NCBI GenBank assembly: GCA_902547695.1
Contig: CACCOR010000006.1
Span: forward strand, 15,945 to 79,944
Direction: 5' to 3'
Length of the DNA: 64,000 nt
DNA from: an uncultured SAR86 cluster bacterium
Lineage (GTDB): Bacteria > Pseudomonadota > Gammaproteobacteria > Magnimaribacterales > D2472
A program made the translations under genes and the position numbers. Below, in pieces: positions 9,079-19,721 of this stretch (position 1 is the stretch's first letter; each line of letters begins with the position of its first letter). The notes under the pieces are model-generated. The model was given only the letters and a program-made list of their open reading frames with translations. It was not told where the DNA came from and did no database searches.

Positions 9079-9321
9079 TTACTCTTTTTCAAAGTCGCAG
9101 GTCATTTTTGCAACGACCTCTCCCTCAACTTTCAAATTAACTTTTGCTCTTCCTTCCATTGTCCCTGTCACGGTACATTGTTCGATGCTCTCTTCTACAA
9201 TCGAACGAACAATTTCTTTTAACTCATTAATTGATAGGTCACTTACTTTTCTTTCATCAGTTTCTTCTGTCGCAAATAAAAATACTGGTATTAAAAAAAT
9301 TATAGGTAATAGTAATTTCAT
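9079..9321 (-). CDS. hypothetical small secreted protein (80 aa, 2 Cys)
   Basis: N-terminal signal-like segment MKLLLPIIFLIPVFLFA followed by an acidic mature part. First gene of a 3-ORF minus-strand unit. Confidence 0.5.
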   Translation of the reverse strand: MKLLLPIIFLIPVFLFATEETDERKVSDLSINELKEIVRSIVEESIEQCTVTGTMEGRAKVNLKVEGEVVAKMTCDFEKE

Positions 9322-9387
9322 AAAAGTCCTCGATAAAAAATTAAACTGTATAATTATTCTAAATTATATATTTTTTTAAAATCAAAA

Positions 9388-9708
9388 ATGAATGAGTCGA
9401 AGATATTATTTAATGAAAAATGCTCTGTATGTAATTTTGAAATAAAACATTACAAAAAAAGATCGGATTTAAACTTCGTTAATTGCAGTGAGATGGGAGA
9501 TAAGTATCTTAAAAAACTCCATGTTAGATTTGAAAATGGAACAGAAATATCTGGAGTTGATGCCTTTGTCTATGTTTGGGAGAGAACCAAAGGTTATGCG
9601 TGGATTGCAAAGATAATAAAATTGCCAGTGATTTACACGCTATCTAAAATTGGTTATGCAGTGATAGCATTTATATTGTTCTATAAATATAAACTACTTT
9701 CTAAATGA
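9388..9708 (+). CDS. DUF393 / DCC-family thiol-disulfide oxidoreductase-like protein
   Basis: N-terminal CxxC (NEKCSVCNFEIKHY) and a C-terminal hydrophobic helix; the size is typical of the family. Confidence 0.68.
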   Translation: MNESKILFNEKCSVCNFEIKHYKKRSDLNFVNCSEMGDKYLKKLHVRFENGTEISGVDAFVYVWERTKGYAWIAKIIKLPVIYTLSKIGYAVIAFILFYKYKLLSK

Positions 9709-9709
9709 G

Positions 9710-9734
9710 AATGATAATCATAGTGATTATCATT
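9710..9734. promoter_or_regulatory. Fur-type operator (iron box) upstream of the ferritin-like gene
   Basis: AATGATAATCA-TAG-TGATTATCATT has perfect 11-nt inverted arms. AATGATAATCAT equals the 12-nt core of the E. coli Fur consensus GATAATGATAATCATTATC, and it is present on both strands. Confidence 0.75.
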
Positions 9735-9821
9735 AAAAAAATACCTTATATCAGTACTTTACAATATATATAATAGTATTATACTTTGCGTAATTTAACA
9801 AATACTAGGAGAAAAATTGTA

Positions 9822-10262
9822 ATGGAAAATAACGAGATAAATACTAAAGAGGTTTGTGATATTTTAAATGAAATAATGGAATATGAACTTGCAGGTGTTG
9901 TTAGGTATACCCACTCTTCGATGATGGTAAGTGGACCCTATAGATTGCCAATCGTTACATTTCTTAAAGAACAAGCTGAGGAATCTCTCCTACATGCTCA
10001 ACTCGCTGGAGAAAAAATTGCTGGTCTGGATGGACATCCTAGTCAAAAGATTGCAAAGATTGAAGAAACCAATAGACATACTATTAAAGATATTTTGGAA
10101 GAAAGTTTGGAGCATGAACTTTTTGCATTAAGTCTATACAAAAAACTTTTAAATTGTGTTGAAAATAAATCTGTATATTTAGAAGAATATGCTAGAGCAC
10201 AAATCGGAGAAGAGGAACAACATTCATTAGAATTAAAGATAATGCTAAAAGATTTTAGTTAG
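9822..10262 (+). CDS. ferritin-like / bacterioferritin-family protein
   Basis: Four-helix ferritin-like pattern with Glu/His pairs (EYELAG.., AEESLLHA, LEHELFA, EEEQHSLE). Start moved to ATG 9822, which has AGGAGA 9 nt upstream. The track start 9786 is a TTG with no support. Confidence 0.75.
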   Translation: MENNEINTKEVCDILNEIMEYELAGVVRYTHSSMMVSGPYRLPIVTFLKEQAEESLLHAQLAGEKIAGLDGHPSQKIAKIEETNRHTIKDILEESLEHELFALSLYKKLLNCVENKSVYLEEYARAQIGEEEQHSLELKIMLKDFS

Positions 10263-10704
10263 CTTTTTTAAAATATCTCTCGTGGTGTGCTTCTGATAAA
10301 TCAAGAAGTTCTTTGTTAATAATATCTCTTATAGTTTTTGGATCAAAGTATTTCAAACTCTCTATCCCAAATCTTTCAAGTTCAATTGCCTGCGATCCAG
10401 TTGCGCGAAATAAATCAAAGATCCAGGTCAAAGGATCTAAAGAATGATTAAAATTAATTCCCATCTGATCAAGATTATTTGAAAATAATTCTTTATCTGT
10501 AATCTTAAATCTGTGTTTTAAAATTTTAATTTTAAATTCTTCTAAACGATTATTTACTATTTCTCTCTCTTCTTCTGAGTATTTTGTCCAACTAACAATC
10601 TCATGAGCAAAACGCTTGCATCCTTTACAAACTTCGTCGCCAAAAGTTGTAGAGCATATACCCAAGCAAGGTGTTGAAGATCGTTTTTTTTGTAATTTTG
10701 GCAT
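10255..10704 (-). CDS. DUF1289 (YdhL-like putative Fe-S) domain protein with ~100-aa C-terminal extension
   Basis: TPCLGICSTTFGDEVCKGCKRFAHEIVSW matches the CxGxC-x(n)-CxGC DUF1289 signature. Start taken at MPKLQKK (10704). Confidence 0.65.
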   Translation of the reverse strand: MPKLQKKRSSTPCLGICSTTFGDEVCKGCKRFAHEIVSWTKYSEEEREIVNNRLEEFKIKILKHRFKITDKELFSNNLDQMGINFNHSLDPLTWIFDLFRATGSQAIELERFGIESLKYFDPKTIRDIINKELLDLSEAHHERYFKKAN

Positions 10705-10809
10705 ATTGCAAAATAATAACCGATTTTTAAATAAAATTGCCTTATATTTCATCTAATTAGTGGCTATCTTTAGCTATAAGAGTAAAATATGCCCATCGGA
10801 GACCAGACG

Positions 10810-13392
10810 ATGTTAGAAAATTATAAAAAACACGTTGCAGAGAGGGCAGAACAAAACATACCGCCCTTGCCTCTTGATGCTGATCAGACTTCTGAGCTTA
10901 TAAAATTACTAAAAGAAGATCATCAAGAATCAGATTTTTTATTAAACCTATTAAAAGAAAGAGTTCCGGCTGGTGTTGATCAAGCTGCGTATGTAAAAGC
11001 TGCATTTTTAGCTGATATAACTACTGGCAAAACTTCAAGCCCATATATTACTAAAATAGATGCTGTAAAAATTCTTGGAACCATGCTCGGTGGATATAAT
11101 ATTCAACCGCTTATTGAGTGTCTAAAAGATAATGAATTAGCTGAAACAGCTGCGCACGTTCTAAGCAGAACTTTATTAATTTTTGATGCATTTAACGAAA
11201 TATTTGAATTATCAAAAACAAATGAACATGCAAAGAAAGTTGTTGAAGAATGGGCTAATGCAACTTGGTTCACTGAAAAAACAGATATAGAAGAACAAAT
11301 AAAACTTACAGTTTATAAAGTTACTGGAGAGATAAATACTGATGATTTGTCTCCTGCACCGGACGCTTGGTCTAGACCAGACATTCCTCTTCATGCATTA
11401 GCTATGTTTAAAATGCCAAGAACAGGTCTTGATGACCCGCTTGGCACAATTGAAAAATTGAAAGAAAAAGGAAATCCTCTAGTTTTTGTTGGGGATGTGG
11501 TTGGTACAGGATCTTCTAGAAAATCTGCAACAAATTCTGTTTTATGGCATATGGGAGATGAGATACCTTGCATACCTAATAAAAAAGAAGGTGGATATTG
11601 TTTTGGTGGGAAAATTGCTCCAATATTTTTCAACACTCTCGAAGATTCAGGTGCATTTCCAATTGAGATGGATGTTTCAAAAATGTTAATGGGTCAGGAA
11701 ATAATTTTAGAGCCACTTAATGGAAGAGTTTTAGATGCTAATACCAAAGAAGTAATTTCTGAATTTGAGCTTAAGACTGATGTACTTTTGGATGAGGTCA
11801 GAGCGAACGGAAGAATTCCGTTAATTATTGGTAGACAGCTTACAGATAAAAGCAGAGAAGCCTTAGGTTTAGATACATCAAAAGTCTTCAGACGACCTGA
11901 TGCTAAAGATAAGAGTAAAGCAGGTTTTACGCTTGCACAAAAGATGGTTGGAAAAGCTTGTGGGGTTGATGGAGTAAGACCAGGAACATACTGTGAACCT
12001 AGAATGACAACTGTTGGGTCGCAAGATACAACTGGTCCAATGACAAGAGATGAGCTAAAAGAATTAGCATGTCTTGGTTTTTCAGCAGATCTTGTTATGC
12101 AATCATTTTGTCATACTGCAGCATATCCAAAGCCAGTTGATATCGAAACTCAACATAGCTTACCTGACTTTATTATGAATCGTGGCGGTGTATCTTTAAG
12201 GCCGGGTGATGGAATTATCCATTCTTGGATGAATAGAATGCTGCTTCCAGATACAGTTGGTACAGGTGGTGATAGTCATACAAGATTTCCTATAGGAATA
12301 AGCTTTCCAGCAGGATCTGGTTTAGTTGCATTTGCTGCAACGCTTGGTGTAATGCCTTTAGATATGCCAGAGTCAGTGTTGGTAAGATTTAAAGGTGATA
12401 TGCAACCAGGAATAACTCTTAGAGATCTAGTTAACGCTATTCCATATGCAGCACTTCAAAGAGGATTACTTACGATAGATAAGGATGGAAAAAAGAATGT
12501 CTTTTCTGGCAGGTGTCTTGAAATTGAAGGCCTGCCTAATATGAAGGTTGAACAAGCTTTTGAACTTTCTGATGCTTCTGCTGAAAGATCTGCATCAGGT
12601 TGCACAGTTAAGCTTAATAAAGAACCAATAATAGAATATCTTCAGTCAAACATTGTAATGTTGAGATGGATGATTGCAAGTGGCTACGGAGACGCAAAGA
12701 CACTTGAAAGAAGAGCTCAATCAATGGAAGAATGGATTCTTAATCCACAACTACTAGAAGCAGACAAAGACGCTGAATATGCTGAGATAATTGAAATTGA
12801 TCTTAACGAAATCAAAGAACCTCTCCTTGCATGTCCTAATGATCCAGATGATATAAAACCCCTATCAGATGTTGCAAATACAAAAATTCAAGAAGTTTTT
12901 ATTGGATCGTGCATGACAAACATTGGTCATTTTAGAGCAGCTGGTACGCTTCTTGAGAAATATAAAAATCTTAAGGCAAGACTGTGGGTGGTACCACCAA
13001 CAAAGATGGACGAGAAACAACTAATCGAAGAAGGTATATATAATATCTTTGGAGTATCTGGTGCAAGGACTGAAGTACCAGGTTGTTCATTGTGCATGGG
13101 AAATCAGGCAAGAGTTTTAGCAAACTCAACTGTAGTTTCAACCTCTACAAGGAATTTTCCAAATAGACTTGGTGATGGAGCTAATGTTTTCCTAGCATCA
13201 GCAGAACTATCTGCTATATGTTCAGTTCTTGGTAAAATTCCAACCATTGAGCAGTATCATCAGTATATGAATGATATAAATCCATTGTCTGATCAAATTT
13301 ATAGGTATTTAAACTTCAATGAAATTGATACTTATGTTGAAAGTGCAAACAATGCTGAAATACCTGCAATTAATATTGTGAATCCCAGTTAA
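10810..13392 (+). CDS. acnB: aconitate hydratase B / 2-methylisocitrate dehydratase
   Basis: Near end-to-end colinearity with E. coli Acn[14 protein letters not shown] versus MLEEYRKHVAERA; also [57 protein letters not shown] and [17 protein letters not shown] lies 8 nt upstream of ATG 10810. Confidence 0.96.
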   Translation: MLENYKKHVAERAEQNIPPLPLDADQTSELIKLLKEDHQESDFLLNLLKERVPAGVDQAAYVKAAFLADITTGKTSSPYITKIDAVKILGTMLGGYNIQPLIECLKDNELAETAAHVLSRTLLIFDAFNEIFELSKTNEHAKKVVEEWANATWFTEKTDIEEQIKLTVYKVTGEINTDDLSPAPDAWSRPDIPLHALAMFKMPRTGLDDPLGTIEKLKEKGNPLVFVGDVVGTGSSRKSATNSVLWHMGDEIPCIPNKKEGGYCFGGKIAPIFFNTLEDSGAFPIEMDVSKMLMGQEIILEPLNGRVLDANTKEVISEFELKTDVLLDEVRANGRIPLIIGRQLTDKSREALGLDTSKVFRRPDAKDKSKAGFTLAQKMVGKACGVDGVRPGTYCEPRMTTVGSQDTTGPMTRDELKELACLGFSADLVMQSFCHTAAYPKPVDIETQHSLPDFIMNRGGVSLRPGDGIIHSWMNRMLLPDTVGTGGDSHTRFPIGISFPAGSGLVAFAATLGVMPLDMPESVLVRFKGDMQPGITLRDLVNAIPYAALQRGLLTIDKDGKKNVFSGRCLEIEGLPNMKVEQAFELSDASAERSASGCTVKLNKEPIIEYLQSNIVMLRWMIASGYGDAKTLERRAQSMEEWILNPQLLEADKDAEYAEIIEIDLNEIKEPLLACPNDPDDIKPLSDVANTKIQEVFIGSCMTNIGHFRAAGTLLEKYKNLKARLWVVPPTKMDEKQLIEEGIYNIFGVSGARTEVPGCSLCMGNQARVLANSTVVSTSTRNFPNRLGDGANVFLASAELSAICSVLGKIPTIEQYHQYMNDINPLSDQIYRYLNFNEIDTYVESANNAEIPAINIVNPS

Positions 13393-14879
13393 CTCTTAGC
13401 TTTAGATTTTTCCCTTTGCATCTTAAGCTCATCTTTTCTGGAAATTTCTAATTCCTCTAAATAATTTTCAACTAAAGGAGTGAAGTACTCGCCTGTAAAA
13501 ATTGAAGTTTCAAATTCACTTATTTCTGGATTACCCTCCCTCACAGAATCTATTAAGTCTTCTAACGTTTGATAAATTAGCCAATCCGTATTAATTTCAG
13601 AGGCAACTTCATCATTTGATTTATTTGACGCTATTAGCTCAGCTGTTGCAGGCATATCAATTCCATATAAATTTTGATACTTTATTGCAGGAGCAGCGGA
13701 TGCAAAATAAACTTTTTTTGCCCCAGCTTCTCTGGCCATTTCTATAATTTTTTTACTAGTTGTTCCTCTTACAATTGAGTCATCAACAAGTAAAACGTTT
13801 TTTCCTTCAAATTCTAAATCAAGAATATTTAACTTTCTTCTTACCGATTTTTTCCTCTCTTCTTGATAAGGCATAATAAAAGTTCTTCCAATATATCTAT
13901 TCTTTACAAAGCCTTCTCTGTAGGGAACATTCAAGTCAACAGCTAATTGATGTGCTGCGGTTACTGAGCTATCTGGAATGGGTATTACAACATCGATATC
14001 GTGATCGGGTCTAGTTCTCTTAATTTGCCCAGCAAGCTTTGTTCCCATTCTCATTCTTGCTTTATAAACTGAAATTTCATCAATCTTTGAGTCTGGTCTT
14101 GAAAAATAAACATATTCAAATATACATGGTCGCTTCTGAGGATTATCAGCGCATTGTTGAGAAAATAGTTTTCCATTTTTATCAATAAATACAGCTTCTC
14201 CAGGATCTATATCTCTTAGCTTTTCAAAACCAAGAGGTGTAAAAAGAGCATCTTCAGAAGAAACAATGTATTCCTCTCTTTCTTTTCCTTGCCTTACTCC
14301 TATAGAAAGAGGTCTTATTCCGTTGTTGTCTCGAAAAGCAACCAAACCGTATCCGGTAATAAGAGCAATAACTGCATATGCTCCATCACATCTTATGTGT
14401 GTTTTAGTTACTGCCTTAAAAATATTTTTTTCTGATGGATATATCTCTCTTTGTTTACCAAGTTCATGAGCAAATATATTTAATAAAACCTCGGAGTCGC
14501 TATCTGTTCTGAGATGTCTCATTTCTGCATGAAATAATTGAGTTCCTAACTGCTTAGAATTAGTCAGATTCCCATTGTGCGCAAGACTTATGCCATAAGG
14601 TGAATTCACATACATGGGTTGCGCAAATTCTTTACCAGCACCACCAGCCGTTGGATATCTTACGTGCCCTATTCCATAATTTCCGACAAGCTTATCCATA
14701 TGTCTTTGTTGAAAAACATCTCGGACATATCCCATTGATTTTCTAGTGTTTAATTGATCATCATTGTTGCAAACAGATATACCTGCAGCATCTTGACCTC
14801 TATGCTGAAGCATTAAAAGAGAATCATAGATTTCAGCAGCTACGTTTGTTTCAGCCGAAATCCCAACTATTCCACACAT
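13389..14879 (-). CDS. purF: amidophosphoribosyltransferase
   Basis: N-terminal nucleophile MCGIVGI and PRPP loop [13 protein letters not shown]. cvpA-purF synteny. Confidence 0.96.
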   Translation of the reverse strand: MCGIVGISAETNVAAEIYDSLLMLQHRGQDAAGISVCNNDDQLNTRKSMGYVRDVFQQRHMDKLVGNYGIGHVRYPTAGGAGKEFAQPMYVNSPYGISLAHNGNLTNSKQLGTQLFHAEMRHLRTDSDSEVLLNIFAHELGKQREIYPSEKNIFKAVTKTHIRCDGAYAVIALITGYGLVAFRDNNGIRPLSIGVRQGKEREEYIVSSEDALFTPLGFEKLRDIDPGEAVFIDKNGKLFSQQCADNPQKRPCIFEYVYFSRPDSKIDEISVYKARMRMGTKLAGQIKRTRPDHDIDVVIPIPDSSVTAAHQLAVDLNVPYREGFVKNRYIGRTFIMPYQEERKKSVRRKLNILDLEFEGKNVLLVDDSIVRGTTSKKIIEMAREAGAKKVYFASAAPAIKYQNLYGIDMPATAELIASNKSNDEVASEINTDWLIYQTLEDLIDSVREGNPEISEFETSIFTGEYFTPLVENYLEELEISRKDELKMQREKSKAKS

Positions 14880-15463
14880 TAAGAGTCCCCATCTTTAGTG
14901 TCTTCGCTAATTGGTTCTGGAACTACCTCTTGTTTTAAAGGTTCGATAATTTCCAGAGCCTCCTCCACAACATTTCTATTATCTATCAATTCTCTAAAAT
15001 ATGCTTCTATTTCTGGCGCATATTTTTGAATTATTGGTGTAATTTTAGAGTTATTTATTAAGTCAGTTGTTTTTATGCCAGATGGAAGTAATAAAAATAT
15101 GACAAACAAAACTATTGAACCTCTCATCAGACCAAACACAACACCAAGAAATCTATCAAACCCAGATGCCCCAGACCATTTAATTAACTTACTAATAAAT
15201 TTAATTATCATTCCACCTATAAATATAAAAATTAAAAATACAACGATATAAGAAATTATTTTTGATATTTCTTCGTTACCAATAAACTCATTAATCTTAG
15301 GTGTTGCAAGATATTCCAAACTTATTGCAGCTATAAAAGCTGCTAACCACAAAAATAAAGATAAAAATTCTTTTGTAAATCCGCGAGCAAATGAAACAAT
15401 CCCTGAGGCAATAAGAACTATTAAAATAAACCAATCTGCAAGGTTTAGTCCTAAAGCTTCCAT
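14879..15463 (-). CDS. cvpA: CvpA-family membrane protein (colicin V production protein)
   Basis: Four TM segments, N-terminal ...ASGIVSFARGFTKEFLSL pattern, position upstream of purF. Confidence 0.85.
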   Translation of the reverse strand: MEALGLNLADWFILIVLIASGIVSFARGFTKEFLSLFLWLAAFIAAISLEYLATPKINEFIGNEEISKIISYIVVFLIFIFIGGMIIKFISKLIKWSGASGFDRFLGVVFGLMRGSIVLFVIFLLLPSGIKTTDLINNSKITPIIQKYAPEIEAYFRELIDNRNVVEEALEIIEPLKQEVVPEPISEDTKDGDS

Positions 15464-15861
15464 CTCGAGATTTCTCCATTATTAGATTCAGATATTGATT
15501 TAATTAAATCCATATTTGTAACAATATCATCTTCTGACAAAAAAGGTCCAACGTATATTGCGTGCAAGTTTCCTTTATCACCAAAAGATTCTACAAAGGC
15601 TGGAAATCCATTATCAACAATCTTCTCCTTTAATTTATCTGCATTATCTTTTGAAGATAAAACATGTGCTCTATATACAAAAAAATCAAAATCTGATTCA
15701 TTAAATTCTTTAAAATCACCATTAATATTTTGGTTTGAAGAAATAGAGTATTTGTTTACTTCTATAGAAGTTATCTCAGTGGTCTTTGGATAATAAACAA
15801 TTGCAAATAATGATATAAGCGCTATTAAAAAAAATAGCCCTAAAATTCTTTTAATAATCAT
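15451..15861 (-). CDS. SPOR-domain protein (DedD-like)
   Basis: N-terminal TM anchor plus C-terminal SPOR-like fold (FFVYRAHVLSSKDNADKLKEKIVDNGFPAFV...AIYVGPF). Occupies the dedD position upstream of cvpA. Confidence 0.7.
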   Translation of the reverse strand: MIIKRILGLFFLIALISLFAIVYYPKTTEITSIEVNKYSISSNQNINGDFKEFNESDFDFFVYRAHVLSSKDNADKLKEKIVDNGFPAFVESFGDKGNLHAIYVGPFLSEDDIVTNMDLIKSISESNNGEISRWKL

Positions 15862-17123
15862 TAAACTTTATGTTTTTTCTTTAAGGATTCGATTTCACTT
15901 GAAACTGGAACAACCTTATTTTTGAAAAATATTTCATGATTTTCTTCAACCACATCCAGATCATATAAATAATTAGCCATTACCCCATAAGACTGTGCCA
16001 TCCCCTTTTCAGAAATATCTGCATTAAGATTAATTCTTTCTAGACTTGCTCCATTTCCAATATGAAATCTACTTACTGGGTCATTTGGCATTCCATCATC
16101 TCTTTCAGAATGAGTTAAATACTTTATTGCATTTTTAGTGAGTTCATCTTCACTACAATTTTTATCAGTGCATCGCTCAAAAGATATAGGAGAATATTCT
16201 TCCATCCACTTCATAAATCCGGGTAAAGGAGATAGTGTCATAAATTGATTTAGATCTGGAAGTTCTCTTTTAAGATTACTTGCAACTTGTTTAATTAGAA
16301 AATTTCCAAATGAAATACCCAGCAAGCCATTATGACAATTTGAAATAGAGTAGAAAATTGCTGTATTAGCATCTTCAATTTCTATTTCTTGCCTATCAAG
16401 ATTAATAATTTTTTGAATGGACTTTGGAATGCCTGTAGTAAGTGCAACTTCTACAAAAATCAAAGGATCATTTGGAATCAGAGGATGAAAAAAAGCAAAG
16501 CACTGCCTGTCTATAGGAGCTAGTCTTGCTCTCAGATCATCCCAAGAATTAATCTCATGAACAGCCTCATACTCAATTATTTTTTCAAGAATATTTGCAG
16601 GCGTTTCCCAATCAATTTTTTCTAAAACTAAAAATGACGGATTGAACCAATATTTAAATAGTTTCAATAGGCGTAAATCAAAAGTCTTTAATTCCTCATC
16701 ATTCAATGATCTTATTCTTTCTCTTAGTTTAACTAATCTGTATGTTCCATTCGATGATGAGTTTAACCTTCTAAATAATTCTATCCAGCCTGGTTCAGAT
16801 GAGATCCTTATTTTTTCAAAATTTTCTGTATTTTTATTTGAAGAATAATTTTTTACATCTTTCAAAAGAACCTTTGTATCAATATCATAATTTTTTAAGA
16901 GATCCTTTAAAAACTTCTTTAATCCATTGTCATCTAGATCCTCTATGAGATTTAAAAGGTGTTCTGCGAAGACTAATGAGGATACTTCACCGGAAGTAGA
17001 CATTACTGAATCAACAGCTTTATTAATATTATTATGAAGCTTTCCAAAACCTTTTGAGCGAAAACGGTTTAAACGACGAGTTCCCTTCATTACGGAGGTG
17101 ATTATATTTTGAAAAAAACTCAT
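15861..17123 (-). CDS. malonyl-CoA decarboxylase
   Basis: RQCFAFFHPLIPNDPLIFVEVAL, LSPLPGF and VMANYLYDL are characteristic MCD-family blocks. Confidence 0.8.
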   Translation of the reverse strand: MSFFQNIITSVMKGTRRLNRFRSKGFGKLHNNINKAVDSVMSTSGEVSSLVFAEHLLNLIEDLDDNGLKKFLKDLLKNYDIDTKVLLKDVKNYSSNKNTENFEKIRISSEPGWIELFRRLNSSSNGTYRLVKLRERIRSLNDEELKTFDLRLLKLFKYWFNPSFLVLEKIDWETPANILEKIIEYEAVHEINSWDDLRARLAPIDRQCFAFFHPLIPNDPLIFVEVALTTGIPKSIQKIINLDRQEIEIEDANTAIFYSISNCHNGLLGISFGNFLIKQVASNLKRELPDLNQFMTLSPLPGFMKWMEEYSPISFERCTDKNCSEDELTKNAIKYLTHSERDDGMPNDPVSRFHIGNGASLERINLNADISEKGMAQSYGVMANYLYDLDVVEENHEIFFKNKVVPVSSEIESLKKKHKV

Positions 17124-17905
17124 GATATTGCCTTCTTAATATCAGTAATATATGTTCTTATTCTATCAAATTCTTTTGATTGAGAGCTTTCTTCAATCAT
17201 TTGAACAATTGATGAACCAATTATGACTCCATCTGAACACTGTGATAAAAGTTTTGCATCTTCAGCAGATTTGATTCCAAATCCGGCAAGTGTAGGAACA
17301 CTAGCATGTTTCTTTATTTCTTCAATGTTGCTGCTAATTTCATTTACGTCTAAATTCGACGCTCCAGTAACTCCTCTCAAGGTGACGTAATATACAAATC
17401 CTGAACTATTTTTTGCAATTGATTCAATTCTGTCCTTTTTCGTAGTTGGAGAAATAAGTGAAATAGTGTTTATATTAGGATTATAGACTCCATAATCTTT
17501 GAGTTTTAGTTCGCCCGGTATATCAACGACTAAAACTGAATCAATAACGTCATTTTTATTTTTTTCAATTAAAGTCTTATTAAAAATAAATGTATTGAGA
17601 TACCCCATGAGAACAAGGGGTGTATCATTATTATTCTTTCTAAATTTATCAACCATTTCAAAGATAGATTTTAAAGAAACATTATTTTTGAGAGCACGGT
17701 CGTGGGCCTTCTGTATTATTGGTCCTTCCGCAATTGGATCTGTAAAAGGAACTCCAATTTCAATTATGTCCACTCCAGATTCAACAAGTACTGTCATTAA
17801 TTCAAGAGTCGTCTCTATATCTGGATCACCAGCAACAAGATATGCAACTAGAGCCTTTTTACTTTTATTTTTTAATTCTTCTAAAGTATTTGTAAGTCTG
17901 TTCAA
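17120..17905 (-). CDS. trpA: tryptophan synthase alpha chain
   Basis: [18 protein letters not shown] and [14 protein letters not shown] overlap with trpB. Confidence 0.94.
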   Translation of the reverse strand: MNRLTNTLEELKNKSKKALVAYLVAGDPDIETTLELMTVLVESGVDIIEIGVPFTDPIAEGPIIQKAHDRALKNNVSLKSIFEMVDKFRKNNNDTPLVLMGYLNTFIFNKTLIEKNKNDVIDSVLVVDIPGELKLKDYGVYNPNINTISLISPTTKKDRIESIAKNSSGFVYYVTLRGVTGASNLDVNEISSNIEEIKKHASVPTLAGFGIKSAEDAKLLSQCSDGVIIGSSIVQMIEESSQSKEFDRIRTYITDIKKAIS

Positions 17906-19107
17906 ATCTTTATTCCATCAATATTTGCAACAGTATTAATATCTTTATCACCTCGTCCCGATACATTAACAATGATATTGGAATTCTTATCAAACTCTTT
18001 CATTAATGTATCTAGATATGCAAAAGCATGAGCTGTTTCAAGTGCAGGAATTATTCCCTCCAGCTCAGAAACCTCATGGAATGCTTTTAGTGCAGCATCA
18101 TCGCTAACAGCAACATATTCAGCCCTTCCAGAGTCTTTTAGCCAAGAATGTTCTGGTCCAACTCCAGGATAATCAAGTCCAGCAGAAACTGATTTTGTGC
18201 CTTTTACTTGACCGCTATCATCTTGCATAAGGTAACTTAATGCTCCATGGAGAACTCCAGGAGTACCGTCATTTAATGGTGCTGCATGTTCTCCTGTTTC
18301 TACGCCCTCCCCACCAGCTTCAACACCTATAAGTCTTGTTTCATTAAATTTAATAAAAGGATAAAAAGCTCCCATTGCATTTGATCCACCACCAACACAT
18401 GCAACAATTGCATCAGGCATTGAATCAAATAACTCTTTTGACTGTGAAATCAATTCCTCACCAACAACAGAATTAAAATCTCTAACAATCATAGGATAAG
18501 GATGAGGCCCAGTGACACTTCCAATAATATAGTATGTATCATCTACATTTGTTACCCAATCCCTTAAGGCTTCATTCAGTGCATCTTTTAATGTAGCTGA
18601 TCCAGAATCAACAGAATGAACTTGTGCTCCAAGCAGTTTAATTCTATACACATTTAATGATTGTCTTTGAACATCTTCTGAACCCATATAAATATGACAT
18701 TCAAGACCAAGCCTAGCAGCAACAGTTGCAGTCGCAACACCATGTTGTCCTGCACCTGTTTCGGCAATAATTCTTTTCTTGCCCATGTATTTTGCAAGCA
18801 AGATTTGACCAATGGTATTGTTTATTTTATGTGCACCAGTATGGTTGAGATCTTCTCTCTTCAACCATATTGAACCTGTGCCATAATGTTTCGTTAATCT
18901 CTCAGCAAAATATAATGGCGAAGGTCGTCCAACAAATTCTGAAAGATCTTTATAAAACTGCTCTTTGAATTCGTTATTATTTTTTAACTTTTCGTAAGTG
19001 GTTTCAAGCTCTTCTAAAGCATACATTAGTGTCTCTGGAACAAACTTGCCACCGTATTCTCCAAAAAAACCATTTTTATCTGGTAAATTATTCTTGTCTA
19101 ATTTCAT
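17902..19107 (-). CDS. trpB: tryptophan synthase beta chain
   Basis: PLP lysine block [11 protein letters not shown]; also GGGSNAMG. Confidence 0.96.
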   Translation of the reverse strand: MKLDKNNLPDKNGFFGEYGGKFVPETLMYALEELETTYEKLKNNNEFKEQFYKDLSEFVGRPSPLYFAERLTKHYGTGSIWLKREDLNHTGAHKINNTIGQILLAKYMGKKRIIAETGAGQHGVATATVAARLGLECHIYMGSEDVQRQSLNVYRIKLLGAQVHSVDSGSATLKDALNEALRDWVTNVDDTYYIIGSVTGPHPYPMIVRDFNSVVGEELISQSKELFDSMPDAIVACVGGGSNAMGAFYPFIKFNETRLIGVEAGGEGVETGEHAAPLNDGTPGVLHGALSYLMQDDSGQVKGTKSVSAGLDYPGVGPEHSWLKDSGRAEYVAVSDDAALKAFHEVSELEGIIPALETAHAFAYLDTLMKEFDKNSNIIVNVSGRGDKDINTVANIDGIKI

Positions 19108-19721
19108 ATGTTAATTTTATCTAATAATTGTTTAATTAAGTCTATGTTTTTAACGCCAGGTGAAGATTCAACTCCTGAATTTATATCAAGACACCATGGA
19201 TTTATATCTATAGCATTATCAACATTTTCACAATTAATTCCACCAGAGAGAATAATTTTCATATCTAAATCTTTTACACTATTTATTAAGCTCCAATCGA
19301 AAGATTCTCCAGTACCTCCTGGTTGATCTTTCTTATAGTTTTCAAACAAAATTCCAGATGCCTTTCCATATTTAATAATCTCATCTACATTGATTTGATT
19401 CTTAACTCTCAATACTTTCCAAAATTCATTATCAAAAGAATCACAGAAGTCATTTGTTTCATCTCCATGAAATTGAAGAATAGGATCTTTAAAATATGAA
19501 GAAGTTTCTTTGACGAAATCCTGATCAGAATTAACATATACACAAACTGGTCTCTTATCTTTAAATTCAAATTCTTTTATTTGTTCAAGAAATTCTGGAG
19601 AAACATTTCTTACACTTTTTTCGTAAAAAATAAATCCAAGATAATCAATACTGTCTATGGAAACTAATTGTTGAAGAATATTAAAGTCATTTATTCCACA
19701 TATCTTAATTAATGGCTTCAT
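19104..19721 (-). CDS. trpF: phosphoribosylanthranilate isomerase (monofunctional)
   Basis: IKICGI and LQFHGDE; 205 aa. Follows truA, as in Pseudomonas. Confidence 0.87.
   Translation of the reverse strand: MKPLIKICGINDFNILQQLVSIDSIDYLGFIFYEKSVRNVSPEFLEQIKEFEFKDKRPVCVYVNSDQDFVKETSSYFKDPILQFHGDETNDFCDSFDNEFWKVLRVKNQINVDEIIKYGKASGILFENYKKDQPGGTGESFDWSLINSVKDLDMKIILSGGINCENVDNAIDINPWCLDINSGVESSPGVKNIDLIKQLLDKINI

Noticed and set aside
9038-9379. 113-aa plus-strand ORF covering the same DNA as the two small minus-strand ORFs (9079..9321 and 8879..9076)
   Set aside because: The translation is Ser/Ile/Phe-rich and low-complexity, with no signal or motif. The minus-strand reading gives a clean signal peptide and tight operon packing with DUF2237. 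I favour the minus strand, but because all these ORFs are small the strand choice is not certain.
17499-17939. Long antisense ORFs opposite well-supported genes: 17499..17939 versus trpA; also 26035..26502 versus aroC, 40498..40947 versus ACAD, 38792..39139 versus galU/rhomboid, 35761..36081 versus topA, 55878..56207 versus crotonase, 23468..23746 versus leuB
   Set aside because: Each is fully contained in a gene whose product I can align motif by motif to a known family. Their translations are Ser/Pro/Leu-rich, the typical mirror of a real frame. There is no evidence for overlapping-gene coding.
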